Source of the DNA: Lingula anatina
Lineage: Eukaryota > Animalia > Brachiopoda
NCBI GenBank assembly: GCA_051362555.1
Contig: CM120641.1
Coordinates: 16,740,001-16,804,000 of the forward strand
Direction of reading: 5' to 3'
DNA: 64,000 nt
The translations under genes were made by a program, and so were the position numbers. Under the pieces are notes generated by a model. That model did not search any database. It was not told the DNA's origin and worked only from the letters and a program-made list of their open reading frames with translations. Positions 26,101-38,400 of this stretch are shown one piece after another. How positions within the stretch are numbered: position 1 is the stretch's first letter; every line of letters starts with the position of its first letter.

Positions 26101-29100
26101 TTTCAAAAGTTCACAAGACATTGTTGGTTCTATTTTTAGGAAGGACATGAAAACTCCCTGATTTTCAAGTCGAAGTTCTTTCATCAAATGTTTGTAATCG
26201 CCTTACAAGGGGTGTCTTGCAATCCACGGGTTCACCCAGTATTTTCGAGTTTTTTTTACTCGTTTTACTTCTTAGGTAATCAAAGTCAATGATTATAGCA
26301 GTCCCGTCTTTTTGAAAAGGGGTCGTTTTACTAGAACATTTTTGTCTTTTGAGAGGGGAATTTATGGGAAAGCAGCTACTGTCACAAGTTGGCAACAAAC
26401 AGGGGTATATATTCTGTGCGACCTTGCTGCTACCAGTTGACAAGCGATTGCTACAGTCCTGCAACCGGTTTTCGGTCACCAAGTGGTTGCAGACAGGTTG
26501 TGTATCGCTCGGCAAACAGTGTGCAACTGTTAACCTTTAACTTGAAGATGGTCTATAAGAGGTTGCAGATACCACACTGCAACCTTGTTGCAACCGATTT
26601 GGGACCGCTTGCCGATCAAAATTGGCCACAGCTTCTTAATTAGCTTGCAAAGTGATCGCAAGCGACCGCCAGATTTTGTGGTTGCAAAAAGGTTGCAGAA
26701 AGGTCGCAAGCGTCGGTGACCCGGCCTTAAGGTGTTGTTAACCCTGCTCTGTAGAAATCCGCATTAAACCTGTAACTACATGTAAGCCATAGCCGCTGAA
26801 AATAGTCACCTGTTATGTTTGAATAATCTATATCCGACAAAAGGGAAACGATAATAGCCGTAAATTAATGTTTAACTTCACTCATTCAAAAACTATATAA
26901 TAACACAATTATCCATTTGGAAATAAACGACTTGAGCCTGGCATAATAATATCGATTTCACTATGCGTACCTGCAGTAATGTGTTTTCATTCGCTTTATT
27001 ACTCAAGTCTAGATCATGTATTTCCCCAAGCGAAGCATGAGCCTGAAATTAAAACCCCAACACGTATTATCTCCATGTTTATTCAAAAATGGTGATACTG
27101 ATTAATAAATGCGCAGTCAGCGTATGGTTAGTACAGAGCCGGGTACACCGATATATGCACCTGCAACTAAGTCCCACATATGACACCAACAGGCTGTTAG
27201 AAAAAGGCATCGTCCACCTTAAGGAGTTGCAATATGCCAAAAAATATTAAAACAAGACCGCAATTACATGAAATAACTATCGAAAAACAATTAAGGAATA
27301 ATCTTATTTTTCCCAAACTGGACTTGTATTAAAGGCCAACAAGTAACACCCGTAGGTTTCAGATTAATCGGATCCTGGATTACCATTTTGAGGATACTGT
27401 GTCCACCAATGTCAAAACTATCAAAACAAACAAACAAAAAAAAAAAAAAAAAAAAAAAAAAATCAGAATATGCACAGATTTCAACCTGAACACCATTTAG
27501 TATTCCATTTGAATTTGAAATAAACTGGCAACATTGCCTCCCAATTAATGCGGTAATGAGATATGAGCACAACTCCGGCTAAGATTCCGGCGAAACAGAC
27601 GACCCAGGTGATGGCCGTCTGTACTTACACTGCTGTGTCTGTGCGTGTCAAAAGTTTATAGAATTAGTTAATGGAAAGAAAACATTCCCTTCCAAGAGAA
27701 CTCTTGTTAACAACGGCCTTCGAAGTACTCTATACGGACAGTAAGTTATAGGCTTTTAGTGGTATTTCTAAACCTCACACAGATAAACGAATATCGCCGT
27801 CAGGCGGAAAGAAAATCAGTATCGTCTGTGATATGAAATTTCACTAAGATGCCTGCAACAATTATTGTACAGACTTGACATTTAATATGGAATATTTCAG
27901 TTTCGAAGGTATACCTAGTTAAAAATTCGTTCTTTTTTTCCCAAAAACTCCGATCTCATATAAGATTTGTGAATGGAGAAGTGTGTAGTCAAGTGTGTCG
28001 CTACCAATTAACTGACTCTCATGTCTGTTGCGCTGATACATAATGTAATATGCGGTGATTAAATTGGGTAGTGTTCCTTTGGGCTGGTCAATGCTTGACT
28101 TAGGCAAAGCTTGGTTCTGTCAAAAAAGTATCCGTATGTCGGCAACTACTTCAAAGACGAATTTGAAACTTTGCATGCAAGTGGTCAGTTTTGCAGTGCG
28201 TAAAATGAGCTAAGTAGTGCTTTACAAATTTGTTAATTTGTGGCAGAATGGCGCGAAAAAGACAGGCATTACCAGACAGATTATAGCGCCAAACGGAACG
28301 GAACCACTTGACTATCATTTGAAAGGGGGCACCTTAGGAACAATTTTAGGTTGCACGGTGAGATTGTCGGTTCACACAGAGCACTTTTAATAGCAGATTA
28401 CTTACAGAACCAAGGGAATGAGCAGCTACCCTGGTCATCAAAATCGCCACATTTGAACCGCAAAGACAATAAGTGGGTAAGCCATTACTCGCCGAATCAA
28501 CTGCCTACATGCCCTACATCAAAACTGTACCAAATTGGACAATTTTGGACCTATGCCTGGAATAATATCCCAGATTAAACTTTAAAAACCTATTCCAAGG
28601 AATGCCTTGCCGCTTGTGAGCGCTGGTAACAGACAGAAGAGACCAGGCTTATATGACTAGACACTATGACTAGACACTGACATGAGGGTCCTTTGTGGAG
28701 CATGTAACCCTTTTACAGACGTTAATTTGGAAAATATGGAGATTCAAAATATCTCTTTTAATGGATGTCGTATGACATAGAATAGGCAATGTATTTCTGT
28801 TTGTTTCTCTGTCGAATTCAACCAATGAACTGATGTCAGCATGACATCAAAGAGATGATTTAAAGTTTTATGATTTAAAACACGATTTTAACCCTTATTT
28901 TCATTTATCAGTCAGCAAAATAGGGAACATCTGGGGAAAAATGACTTGGAAAAAATATTCCATATTAAATGTCAAGTCTGTATATCACTTAATGAAAGAT
29001 TTGATGGAATTTGACTTTAACTAAGGTACTGAAATGCACCCTGTGGGATTTCACGTAATCAGCGGGGACGCGTTCCTCGTCAGACACACCCTTTGTATCT

Positions 29101-30699
29101 CAGGTACGGGAGTTGCACATATCCATGTGCACGTTACCTAATACAAGTCAAGCATGGCCTAAGACTTACTCCAGATGCCCAGCTGAGTGATTACACCCAC
29201 AATCACCCTCCTCTGCTATTGAGCCACCGATTGAGGGACGAGTAGGGGCGTGGGAGTTATATAAGACCAGACGAGCAGATTGGGACTATACTTTCATTTT
29301 GTATACTACATGTATTTTAGAGGCCCCTGATATCAGAGGGCACTTCGAGCCCTTGGCTTATTGTATCTTTATGAAAGTCATTGAGGATTAAAGGATAACT
29401 AGGTTCGATAACTCTGTTATAAAAGTTCGTAATAAATAGCTAGTCAAGTTAAATGTAAAACCGTTAATTTACCTGGTAGTTTACAGAGCCTCCTCCAACC
29501 GCTATAATTCCCAGTACACCAAAGGCAACCGCCAGCCAGCCTAAGTTGGCGATCAGGAGAAATGCATCTTCCTCCTTTGATAGGTAGTATATGAAGATGT
29601 ACAGTATGAGGCAACACAAAGCTATGTTTACTATCATCCACGCCGAGGTAAGAGGCGAAAAAATACCGTCTGCAGTGTCCATGAGTCGGCAGATTTGCTG
29701 GTGCCTTTTTCTGTACCATTCTAAGTCACAAGGACTGGAGCCCGTAGTGTCATTATAGTTTTTTATCGCCATCTTAAGATTTTTGTTGAACTCAAGAAAA
29801 GCTTTATACATGACTTCAGCAATCGCAAAAAACGCCACGACCGGCAGAATCCAACAGCTTAACATGATAAATTCAAAAGCAATCGAAAATGACTTAATTA
29901 TGTTCATTTCTATTGTTCGATTGTTATTTACGAAAAAAAGATGAAATGGAGCGATCTGAATTTCTAAACTATTCACAGAGCCATACATACTATCATACAT
30001 CTTGTACGCAAAATTAACCAAGACTATTACCCAGCTCACAGCAGTGTAAACTAAAACTCGCCATTTAAAATGGCGAGGGCAAAATACACAAGGCATGCTG
30101 TGATGTAAAACTTCCCATTCTGCAAAAAAGTTCTGCAAGCGGTTCTTACGGCATGCCAAATACAAAACCAATGCGTTCACACACAAGTTACTGTACCACG
30201 TCATGTAAACGACTTTTACAAATAGGTGGTAGCCCACAGATGGCACGGAAAACATGGTGAACTGTAGAAGGCAGTTTGTCCATATTGCAACTAGCACTGC
30301 AGTGCTGTACAATCTCAGAGCTTTTATTTTGCCATGTGATCGTTCTACTTCGACTGCGGCGTTGGTGCTTACTCCGCCCCATGAAAAATTGGACACGCTA
30401 TTCACCGCTTGATTCTCGTGGTAGAGTCCCATTAATTTCAGAGATATGATAAGCGGGCGAAAAATTTTTTGAAGTGGGTTTTTCAAAGCCTGGTGCACGT
30501 TTTCAGGAACGTTTCGTCTCATCTCTGAGGATCCGCTTTTGTCTTGTTGCAGCTGAGGTTCCATTCTAATACCAACTTTGTTGATCTCTAGCATTGATAT
30601 TTTCCTTCTCTGTCGACACTTATCATGCATGCGAATGAAATCCAATCCGTTTTGTTCATTGTTGGCATTCAATACATCACGTGATGTAATCGTACTCAT
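20123..30699 (-). CDS. Gustatory receptor-like (GRL / 7TM ion channel superfamily) gene, 4 coding exons, 502 aa
   Basis: Exons 29473-30699 (409 aa, ends GSVNYQ), 26971-27042 (AHASLGEIHDLDL...LLQ), 24382-24471 (MQMFLNKLSGDPIGFSAFNMFVIDRPTILT) and 20123-20242 (VLGMVLTYFIVLAQF...VP*). All introns are GT-AG, phase 0. Carries the TM7 signature TYhhhhhQF and the RKRHQQICRL loop motif. Confidence 0.9.
22183..23481 (+). mobile_element. Degenerate Tc1/mariner transposon in GRL intron 3
   Basis: TIRs CAGGGTTACTACTTAATATGGAATATT at both ends with TA TSD. Frameshifted transposase pieces: HTH 'TTIARQFNI', 'RPGCLRITPRRQDR', 'WNHVVFSDE', 'GGGNVSVWGAF'. C-terminal part deleted. Confidence 0.88.
24608..26727. 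mobile_element. Non-autonomous PIF/Harbinger-like element in GRL intron 2
   Basis: Imperfect TIRs AGCCTGGGTCACACTGCGCTTGCAACC versus (reverse complement) AGGCCGGGTCACCGACGCTTGCGACC, with TAA on both flanks. Many internal GGTYGCA/TGCRACC motifs. Confidence 0.65.
27870..28980 (+). mobile_element. Degenerate Tc1-like element in GRL intron 1
   Basis: Perfect TIRs CAGACTTGACATTTAATATGGAATATTT with TA TSD. Internal 'LPWSSKSPHLNRKDNKW' resembles the Tc1 WPxxSPDLNPIENxW motif. Confidence 0.82.
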
Positions 30700-31977
30700 T
30701 TCAGTACGTTAAGGTTGGTTCTCTCTCTTTGTTGTTGTGTCCTTATAGGTCACAATTATTCCAATCATCTGTTGAATTAAGGGGAGAGAACAATGTTTGG
30801 TCAGTATGCAATCATACTAAGTCGTATGTTGGCTCGATCTTGGAGAACGTTTGTGCTTTGATGCACCCGTTTCACATGGACTCGTCCTAGGGCGAAAAAA
30901 AAAAAAAAAAAAAAAAAAAAAACACCGGAAATGAATTAACACCATCATTTCGCGCTATTGATTTCCTTGCATTTTAGCAATGAACACCACTTAAGTAACG
31001 GATGCCTGTCAGAGGAAACATGAGGACAGCGATGACACCATCACAGATACACATGTACATGTATGTCAACATAACGATTTCATGCGGATCCAAACTATAA
31101 CGGTGCCTTTAAGCTTCATATGGACATTTAGGTGTGGGTCTTTCTTTTATGAAGCCAAATGTTCCATGAAACGGCTATTCAGAACTGTTCATATTAAATT
31201 CATCTCATTCCGAAGCCTGACTTACGAAATCCCCGTTTCATGAATAATTCAGCCTTTTCCAATTAGAGAATTACAAGGGCGACCGCTTTTCACTTATTAT
31301 AGTGGTACAAATTAAACTGGTTTCAGTGCTGTAGAAAAAGCATGTGGATGTAGCACATCATCTCAGGAAGAAATAAATTACCCGATGAACGGACAGCTCG
31401 AACAACGACACGCATTACCCAATGTTTGGAAGTGTAGGGGCACCAGAAACAAGCCAATGAGATTTTATGAAATGCGTGAATTTGCACAAAAGACACCGAT
31501 GAAGTACTTCTGAGGAATTATGCAAGTCACGTACACCACAATGCACTGCCCACTGGCTGTAAAATGTATAGACGCTACCACAAGAAATAAATTTAAGTCC
31601 TACATCCATGGCAAGGATCCCGCTTTCGTAGCGCAATTTTTTTTTTACGATCGAATAGCTTCAGTAATAGTGGGCTCTTTCTAGCTATTTTATTTACTAA
31701 TTATTCTTTTAGTGGCGTCGATATAAGCATAAAAGAAACAAGATTGTTGTGGAAGAAAATTAATTTTGTGAAGTATACTAGATTAAGATATTGGACATCC
31801 TCACACTATATTAACGTACTACAACATTGAAGACTGCATCATAAATACGACCATTTCTTCTACTCTATTTTGTAAGAGAAGGAAAAAACAATGGACGATA
31901 TTATCAGATAAAGATAATCTATACCAACAAAACATGTTTTCGTATAGTTCCCCGTGTGAATTGTATAAAACGGTATA

Positions 31978-32020
<43 letters not shown>

Positions 32021-32439
32021 TCACCTAATAATAGTACTTTAGTTGTCCTGACTAAATACAGTCAATACGTTGCTATTGGTAATATATTATATTTGTTCAA
32101 AAGTCTATATTGCTACAATGTATACAGTCCAGTTAAAAAGTACCAGTAACCGATTCCATCTTTCTCTCAACTTGCTGTCTTGCTGCCGATTATTTCAAGT
32201 AACAGGAAGAAACGGAACACGCTCGAAATAATTTTAACTGTCGACTTATCATCATTATGTATCATTAAATAGAAAATGTCCTGCTCTTTTGAGACACCAC
32301 AAAATTTGGATTACAAAATACGCATGTGTGACTGGCGGAGAAAATCTGAATATCTGAATCTAAATGCCAGTGTCAATACTACTGTCAACTGAATGGCAAT
32401 CTGAATGTCAGCTTTGCCCTTTTTAGATACAGGTCTTTA

Positions 32440-35400
32440 CTAATCATCGTCTTCATCGTCATCATCAGGCACAGGAGGCGGGGCGTAGCTCTGCGCAGTG
32501 CTGCCATCTACCGGTCGCACCATGGCGCTGCTGCAATATCTGACTGTGTGTAAAGGAACACATTCTTCTTCCATCGGGAGAGGGTGTTGATCCCCTTTTC
32601 TGTGAGGAAAAGAAATGATAACGGGCACTATTTAACGTTAGCTCAACAGCAATCACGACAAGATGCAGCAACCAATCCTCCATACGCCATATAGGGGAGA
32701 CCGGGGCTAGTTGGACCCCGGGGTAAGTTGCCCCCCCCCCCCATCAATTTATGAGAAAGGAACTGTGGGATAAAAGAATTGATCACATCATTTGGTAAAA
32801 TGACCGTATCCAATAGTGCTAAGAAAGCGTCAGCAGTGAGTGTAAATAAAATAATATACCATCTTAAAGTAACTTTATTAAAGAGACTTGATGGGGGGCC
32901 AACTTACCCCGGGGTCCAACTAGCCCCGGGGTCCCCTATGAGTAAAGTCTTACTGTAGCACTTTAAATATCTTTGTATCTAAATATTTGCAGTTTTAAGT
33001 TGATGGCCACATTACTGCACATTCAATTCCACGAAAGAAAATCTTCACGTAGTTGTTAAAGCCTCTTGTATGTCTGTACAGCTCTGAAATTTATAATACG
33101 CTTATACGATTTTTATAATATTCAACGTGTGTTACCTGGCGACCATTCGGAGAGCAAGGACAATCTTCTTGGAAAAATTAAGGGGGAAATTGTCTACGCT
33201 CTGGAAATCTTGATTGGTATGCCCTTGTAATGTGGTGGCACCGGCAGAAATCTTAAATTCTTTGATGGAATGCACCTCATCGAGCCGCTCTCTAATATGG
33301 GAGATGTCTTCCTGAAGAAAATCCTCCTGTCGATATCTTTGCCCGGGTGTGCTGCTTCTCAGTATGAAGTGAGAATTACCGTAAATTCATGTAGCTCAAG
33401 ATTTTTAGGATTATTTATTCTTTTTGGTATAATTAAATAGGCTTCTTTAATGGATGCTTTTCTTCTACTTTGTTTCTCTGTGGAGTATTTGGTTTTTGCA
33501 GAATTTTTTAGATAAAATAATAATAATAATAATAACAACACAGAATTTTAATTAAAATAACAGAACAACAGAAAATCATATGTTTAGTCAATCTCTATGG
33601 TCACCATAACTTATAACAATTGAAAAAATATTTCAAATATTCCATCTCTGTGACTTGTGTAGATACAAATTCCTCACCTCAAATCTTCACCAATACTGTC
33701 ACCACCCCATTCAGCACTGAAATGATGAAACAGGAAATGCCTATCTTAATCAATCAGTGCTGTGACATTTCCACAGAAATTCACCTATTGAACGAAGGTA
33801 AAAGGGGCTTCTTTTCTGACAAAGGAAATAGTTTTACACAACGAAAATATTGCCGATTAAAATAAACGTTTCTTTAGATACCAAAAAAGTGAAAATCTAT
33901 TTGTTGAACCAAAGAAAAAATTAGTAAATTAAACAGAATTTTAAAAGGGGGAAATGATGAAAGGAAGCACTGGATACATAGTGACTTAGTGGGTTTACCG
34001 TATGGCAATTGTAAAAATACTTACAGTCGACTATGAGACATATCTGGTCTGGGCATTACTAAATCCTGTTGATGAGTTGCCACATCTGAAAAGTTAAAAA
34101 AAACATATTGGAGGGCACTTTACTTCAAATGACGGAGTTTAGACAATGAAATGCAGGAATCGGACTACATTGCCAATAATGTGAGTGTTACGTAATGCAT
34201 TTGACGTAAGGCTTTGTTAAACGTGATCGACCAAATACCGATTGCAGACTGTATTACCATGGAATAATGGCTGAAAAGTGTTAAGAAGTTTATTTAAATC
34301 AAGTTTTTCTTGACAAATATATTTGCCTTATTTAACTGCCTAATAATGATGACAGTAACCTCACAAGGAATGCGTTTTAACACTTTTTAAAAGATGCAAT
34401 TTTCAGTCTGTCTTTTATAACAGAAACCTGCAACAATTGATTCATTTCAACATACGCGAGGTGCTATCAGAGCTTGATTTATTTCAAGTGTACACTTACA
34501 TGTAGATGTGCACGTAGGTTGCAGACAGTAAAAAGTTATTTTTGTAATGGGTTGTGATGTGCTTTAAAGAAGCATGTATATAATATAAGATTATCATGCT
34601 GGTCGGCTTTTGGAGATTATTTTGGATCTAAACCACTACCTACTTACCTATCAGGTTGATGACAGACTGATTTTCAATGCCCAGCTGCACCAGGCACTTC
34701 CGTTCTTCTGCGAGAACACGCTCAGTGCCGCTCACACAAAAACCATCCACCTGTTGGCTGGCTAGCTCGCCATCGGTCTCCTTGGGATCTTCAACGACTT
34801 TCTTAAGGACATGATACAGCGTGGCGCATGTTTCCGTCTCCACCTCTCTAGTCCATGTCTTGTTCGGACTGCTCCTGGTAATGTTCAAGGTTACCTGTAT
34901 GGGTTGGGATATAATTACATCGATGACCGGGCACCTTGCGGTCAAGAATTTGAGAGGTAACTGTTCCCTGCCACGCACGGTCGCGTCATCAATCAGCTGA
35001 AAATGAAAAGATGAAAAAGACTAAGAAAAGACACCAGCACGGTAGCAAATTTTATCTCGAGCCTTGTAAAATTGAGTGCTTCAAATAGATTTGCACTACT
35101 TTCTCTTGTTTAATAATACGTTTATTTTCTTTTTTCATTTCGAGCATTATATATGCTATACTGATAACCTACGGAGTTATAAAAGCTCACAACATCCTCC
35201 TCATCTATAAGCAGAAGGCAGACTTGTGTTTGATCTTTCCCAGAAGTCTCCTGAAATACGATAAAGAAAAATTTGTCAAACATGCAAAAGCCTAGACGAA
35301 ACAAGACAGCAAAGCTGTGAAATGCAGAGACACACAACATGAAAATAACAATGGCAGTGCAAAAAACGGAGTTTTGGTCAAATTTGACCTGAAATTACTT

Positions 35401-38400
35401 AATGCCTTACACCATAATCTCCACCAATTTTAATTACGTACTATAGTTAATGTGGACATTCAGAACATGTACATAGCAAAGAGTTTCAATCCCACGGGAC
35501 CTTAAAGTCACACCTTGAAATTGCAAATATGTTTAAGAAATCACAAAGACGCATAACTTAAAAAAGAGAAACCAAGCTTTATTTTATTCTTAATGTTTTT
35601 ATAAATTTGAGAATAAATGTAATACGTTGTGCTTACGATAATTGGGACATTTTCATTTCTGATTCACTATAATACAACGGTTAACAGGGCAATTGAGACC
35701 CGTTTTTAATTATGTGCTACCAGTAATGTGGTCATTTAGAAGTAACGAGCACAGGGCTTGTTCAATGTCATGCCTTAAGTAATAGAATCTATTCTGGCTG
35801 GTTTTCGACGGTGATGGCGACGACAGACACAGGTGATGGTTATAAAAACAGACACGCCGTGTCTGTGCACTACGGTAATGTACCGTGAATTTTGAACGGC
35901 TCGTAATAACTACAAACGAGCTACCGTATAATGTGTTATAGTTACATGAATCTATTTATCAATATCTATTGCTATACAATAAAACAAATATAGGATATTT
36001 TGCGTGACTGACACACATTTTAAAACATGTAATAGACGACCCCGTTAGTACAAAGCATCTTATTTTCAAAAGAAAAAAAAATAATAATAAAATAATAATA
36101 ATAATAAAACAAAATAAAGAACTTATAAGTTATATACCTTTCCCTTGGTTTTTATCAGGTTCTGAACTGACTTTTCAACTTCAAGCAAGGTGGTTTCATC
36201 ACATAACACGTGGATGCTGTCAAGCTTTTCCATTGTCTTGTGAGTAAGAACTGGAACTTCCATTTGTCTAGGTATTAATATTAGGCTCCTACTAAGGCCA
36301 AGATCCCTGAAAATAAAAGCATGAGTAGTGTTCACCATTCGTGACTGTTCATGTCAGGCAAGGAATGCGTGCGTCCTATTGACTTAACCAGTTACCATAT
36401 GCTAATTTTGATTTACTATTATAAAAACTTCACTGAAAGCTTAACTTACTATGTAATTGAAGGTTAATGAATACCTGAGATGTCGGTTGCTTTGTAGCTT
36501 CTCCCCTCTGTCACGTGTTAAAATGAATGAGGTATCCAGCTTGCAGGAGCTATGGGTTTTAAAGTCTACCATCACTTGTTCTCTCAGGTCCGCGACGGTC
36601 TTATAAGCCTCGATATTCACTTGGAGGACCAAAGAACACCCTGGCATTCGAAAATGAACATCGAACGTGAACATTGTTGGTTTTACGATGACTTCTGACC
36701 CATCTGAAAATCCCTCGAACGCGATGTAAATGGTTTCGTATAATTCGTCGAAGGAATACTTGCTCTCACACACCCCTCTGTCTTTGTGCTGGTGTACCAA
36801 GGCAACGCCGTCCTCCTCCATCAGGCGCCGTACCACCAAATCATTCTTCAGGTCAGAGAGAGTAATGGATGACTTCACGACCATTGTGTCTTGCCGGCCA
36901 TCAAACGCGGTCACTCTGAGTGGCATGTCCTTCTCAATGACCACGCGTGCTCTGTAAGCTAAATTTTCTCGATATGACGAGTCACGTCGAGTCAGAATCT
37001 TAATCGCCGTGGCGCTGTCTGGACCTAGATTCAGTGCCTTTTGAACCTCACTCTTGAGATCTTGGCTTTTGAAGATGACCAACGTGACCAGTTTAGGAGG
37101 ATCAGACGCTTCAATCAACCCTTTCAACAAAAGTGCCGTAAAGCTCCTTTTCAAGTTTGAACGGGATTGCTCCCTGGTGACTCTTACGTCCTCGGGACTG
37201 GGAGCGCCGTACCGCGAGACGACCTCTGCAGTAACATCTGAGGAATAGCCACAGGTGAACATCTCGGTGGTGACGTTCTCTGCGTCGACAGGATTAATTA
37301 CGCTAACCTCATTAGCGATTTCTCTTACCAGGACAACTTCGCAAGACGAGTCCATCCAATCCCTGTATAGGTAAATATATAAAAAGCGCTACAAATTCAT
37401 AACCACCTAATCCACTTGAAAGAGAGAAATAAATGACTGATCTGTTTATTTTTAAATCCTCGATCATTTTAATTGGACACTAAAGGTGTTTCCTTTTCGT
37501 CGTGGTTTCAAAATTTAATCATACAGCCTTGCCTACTAACTAAAAAGCGTGCTTTTTGAAAACAAAACGCTGATCCCCTACCTGTAGATGGAAGAAATGG
37601 CCCTCATTTGAAAATGATAATGAGTGACAAACTGGTCTGCGAAGTTGACTACGTAGGCTTCGATATCTCTCTCAGCAGATGGCACGGAGCCAGCGACTTG
37701 TTTCACCAGATCCAACAATGTTTGTTCTGGTCCCAGGTCGACAGTGAGGGGTTCAGACAACACTCCTGCATAATTCTGGTGGCAGACCTTAAACTGGAGA
37801 TGGGAGGAGAGTAAACTATATAAGGCATATGGAACAACATAGTGTCTGACATACAAAAACGTTAATAAGTACAATCAGGGCAATACACAACATTTAGGCC
37901 TGCAGGCAACTGGATGTAACTTATTAGTACATTTACATATAAACTTGTTCTGCAAAGCTCACAAAAATATCTAAAGTAAAACCCAACACTTATTTCCAGC
38001 CTGAAACAAGTTCTGTTTAACAATAGATGATGGGCAGTAAGGATGAAAGAAGGAAAATCAAAGGCAGTCGTTGGTTACCCACCGTATACACCAACTCTGG
38101 CGTGAAGGTGCATTCCAACAACCCATTCTCTCTTTTCTTCTTCTCGATCCCAGAATCTTCTATCTTGGACCCTTTGGAAGTGGAATAGAACATAAACCGA
38201 CGGGCCAGAGTCACCGGTCTCTCAATGGAATATTCCTCCTCGCCATTCAAAGCAAACATACCTGCAGTATAAATAAAATCTTTCTGAAAGTAGTTTTGTG
38301 ACACTCTGTGATATTTTAATAACAAAATAAATAGCATTTTAGTATGATAAGAACGTATGTTACAATAAGATATACAAGGGTACTGGTGCGTTCAGCAAGG

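Noticed and set aside
24703-26643. Cys/Leu-rich ORFs in GRL intron 2
   Set aside because: They derive from repeated GGTTGCA/TGCAACC motifs of the Harbinger-like element; no transposase motifs are present.
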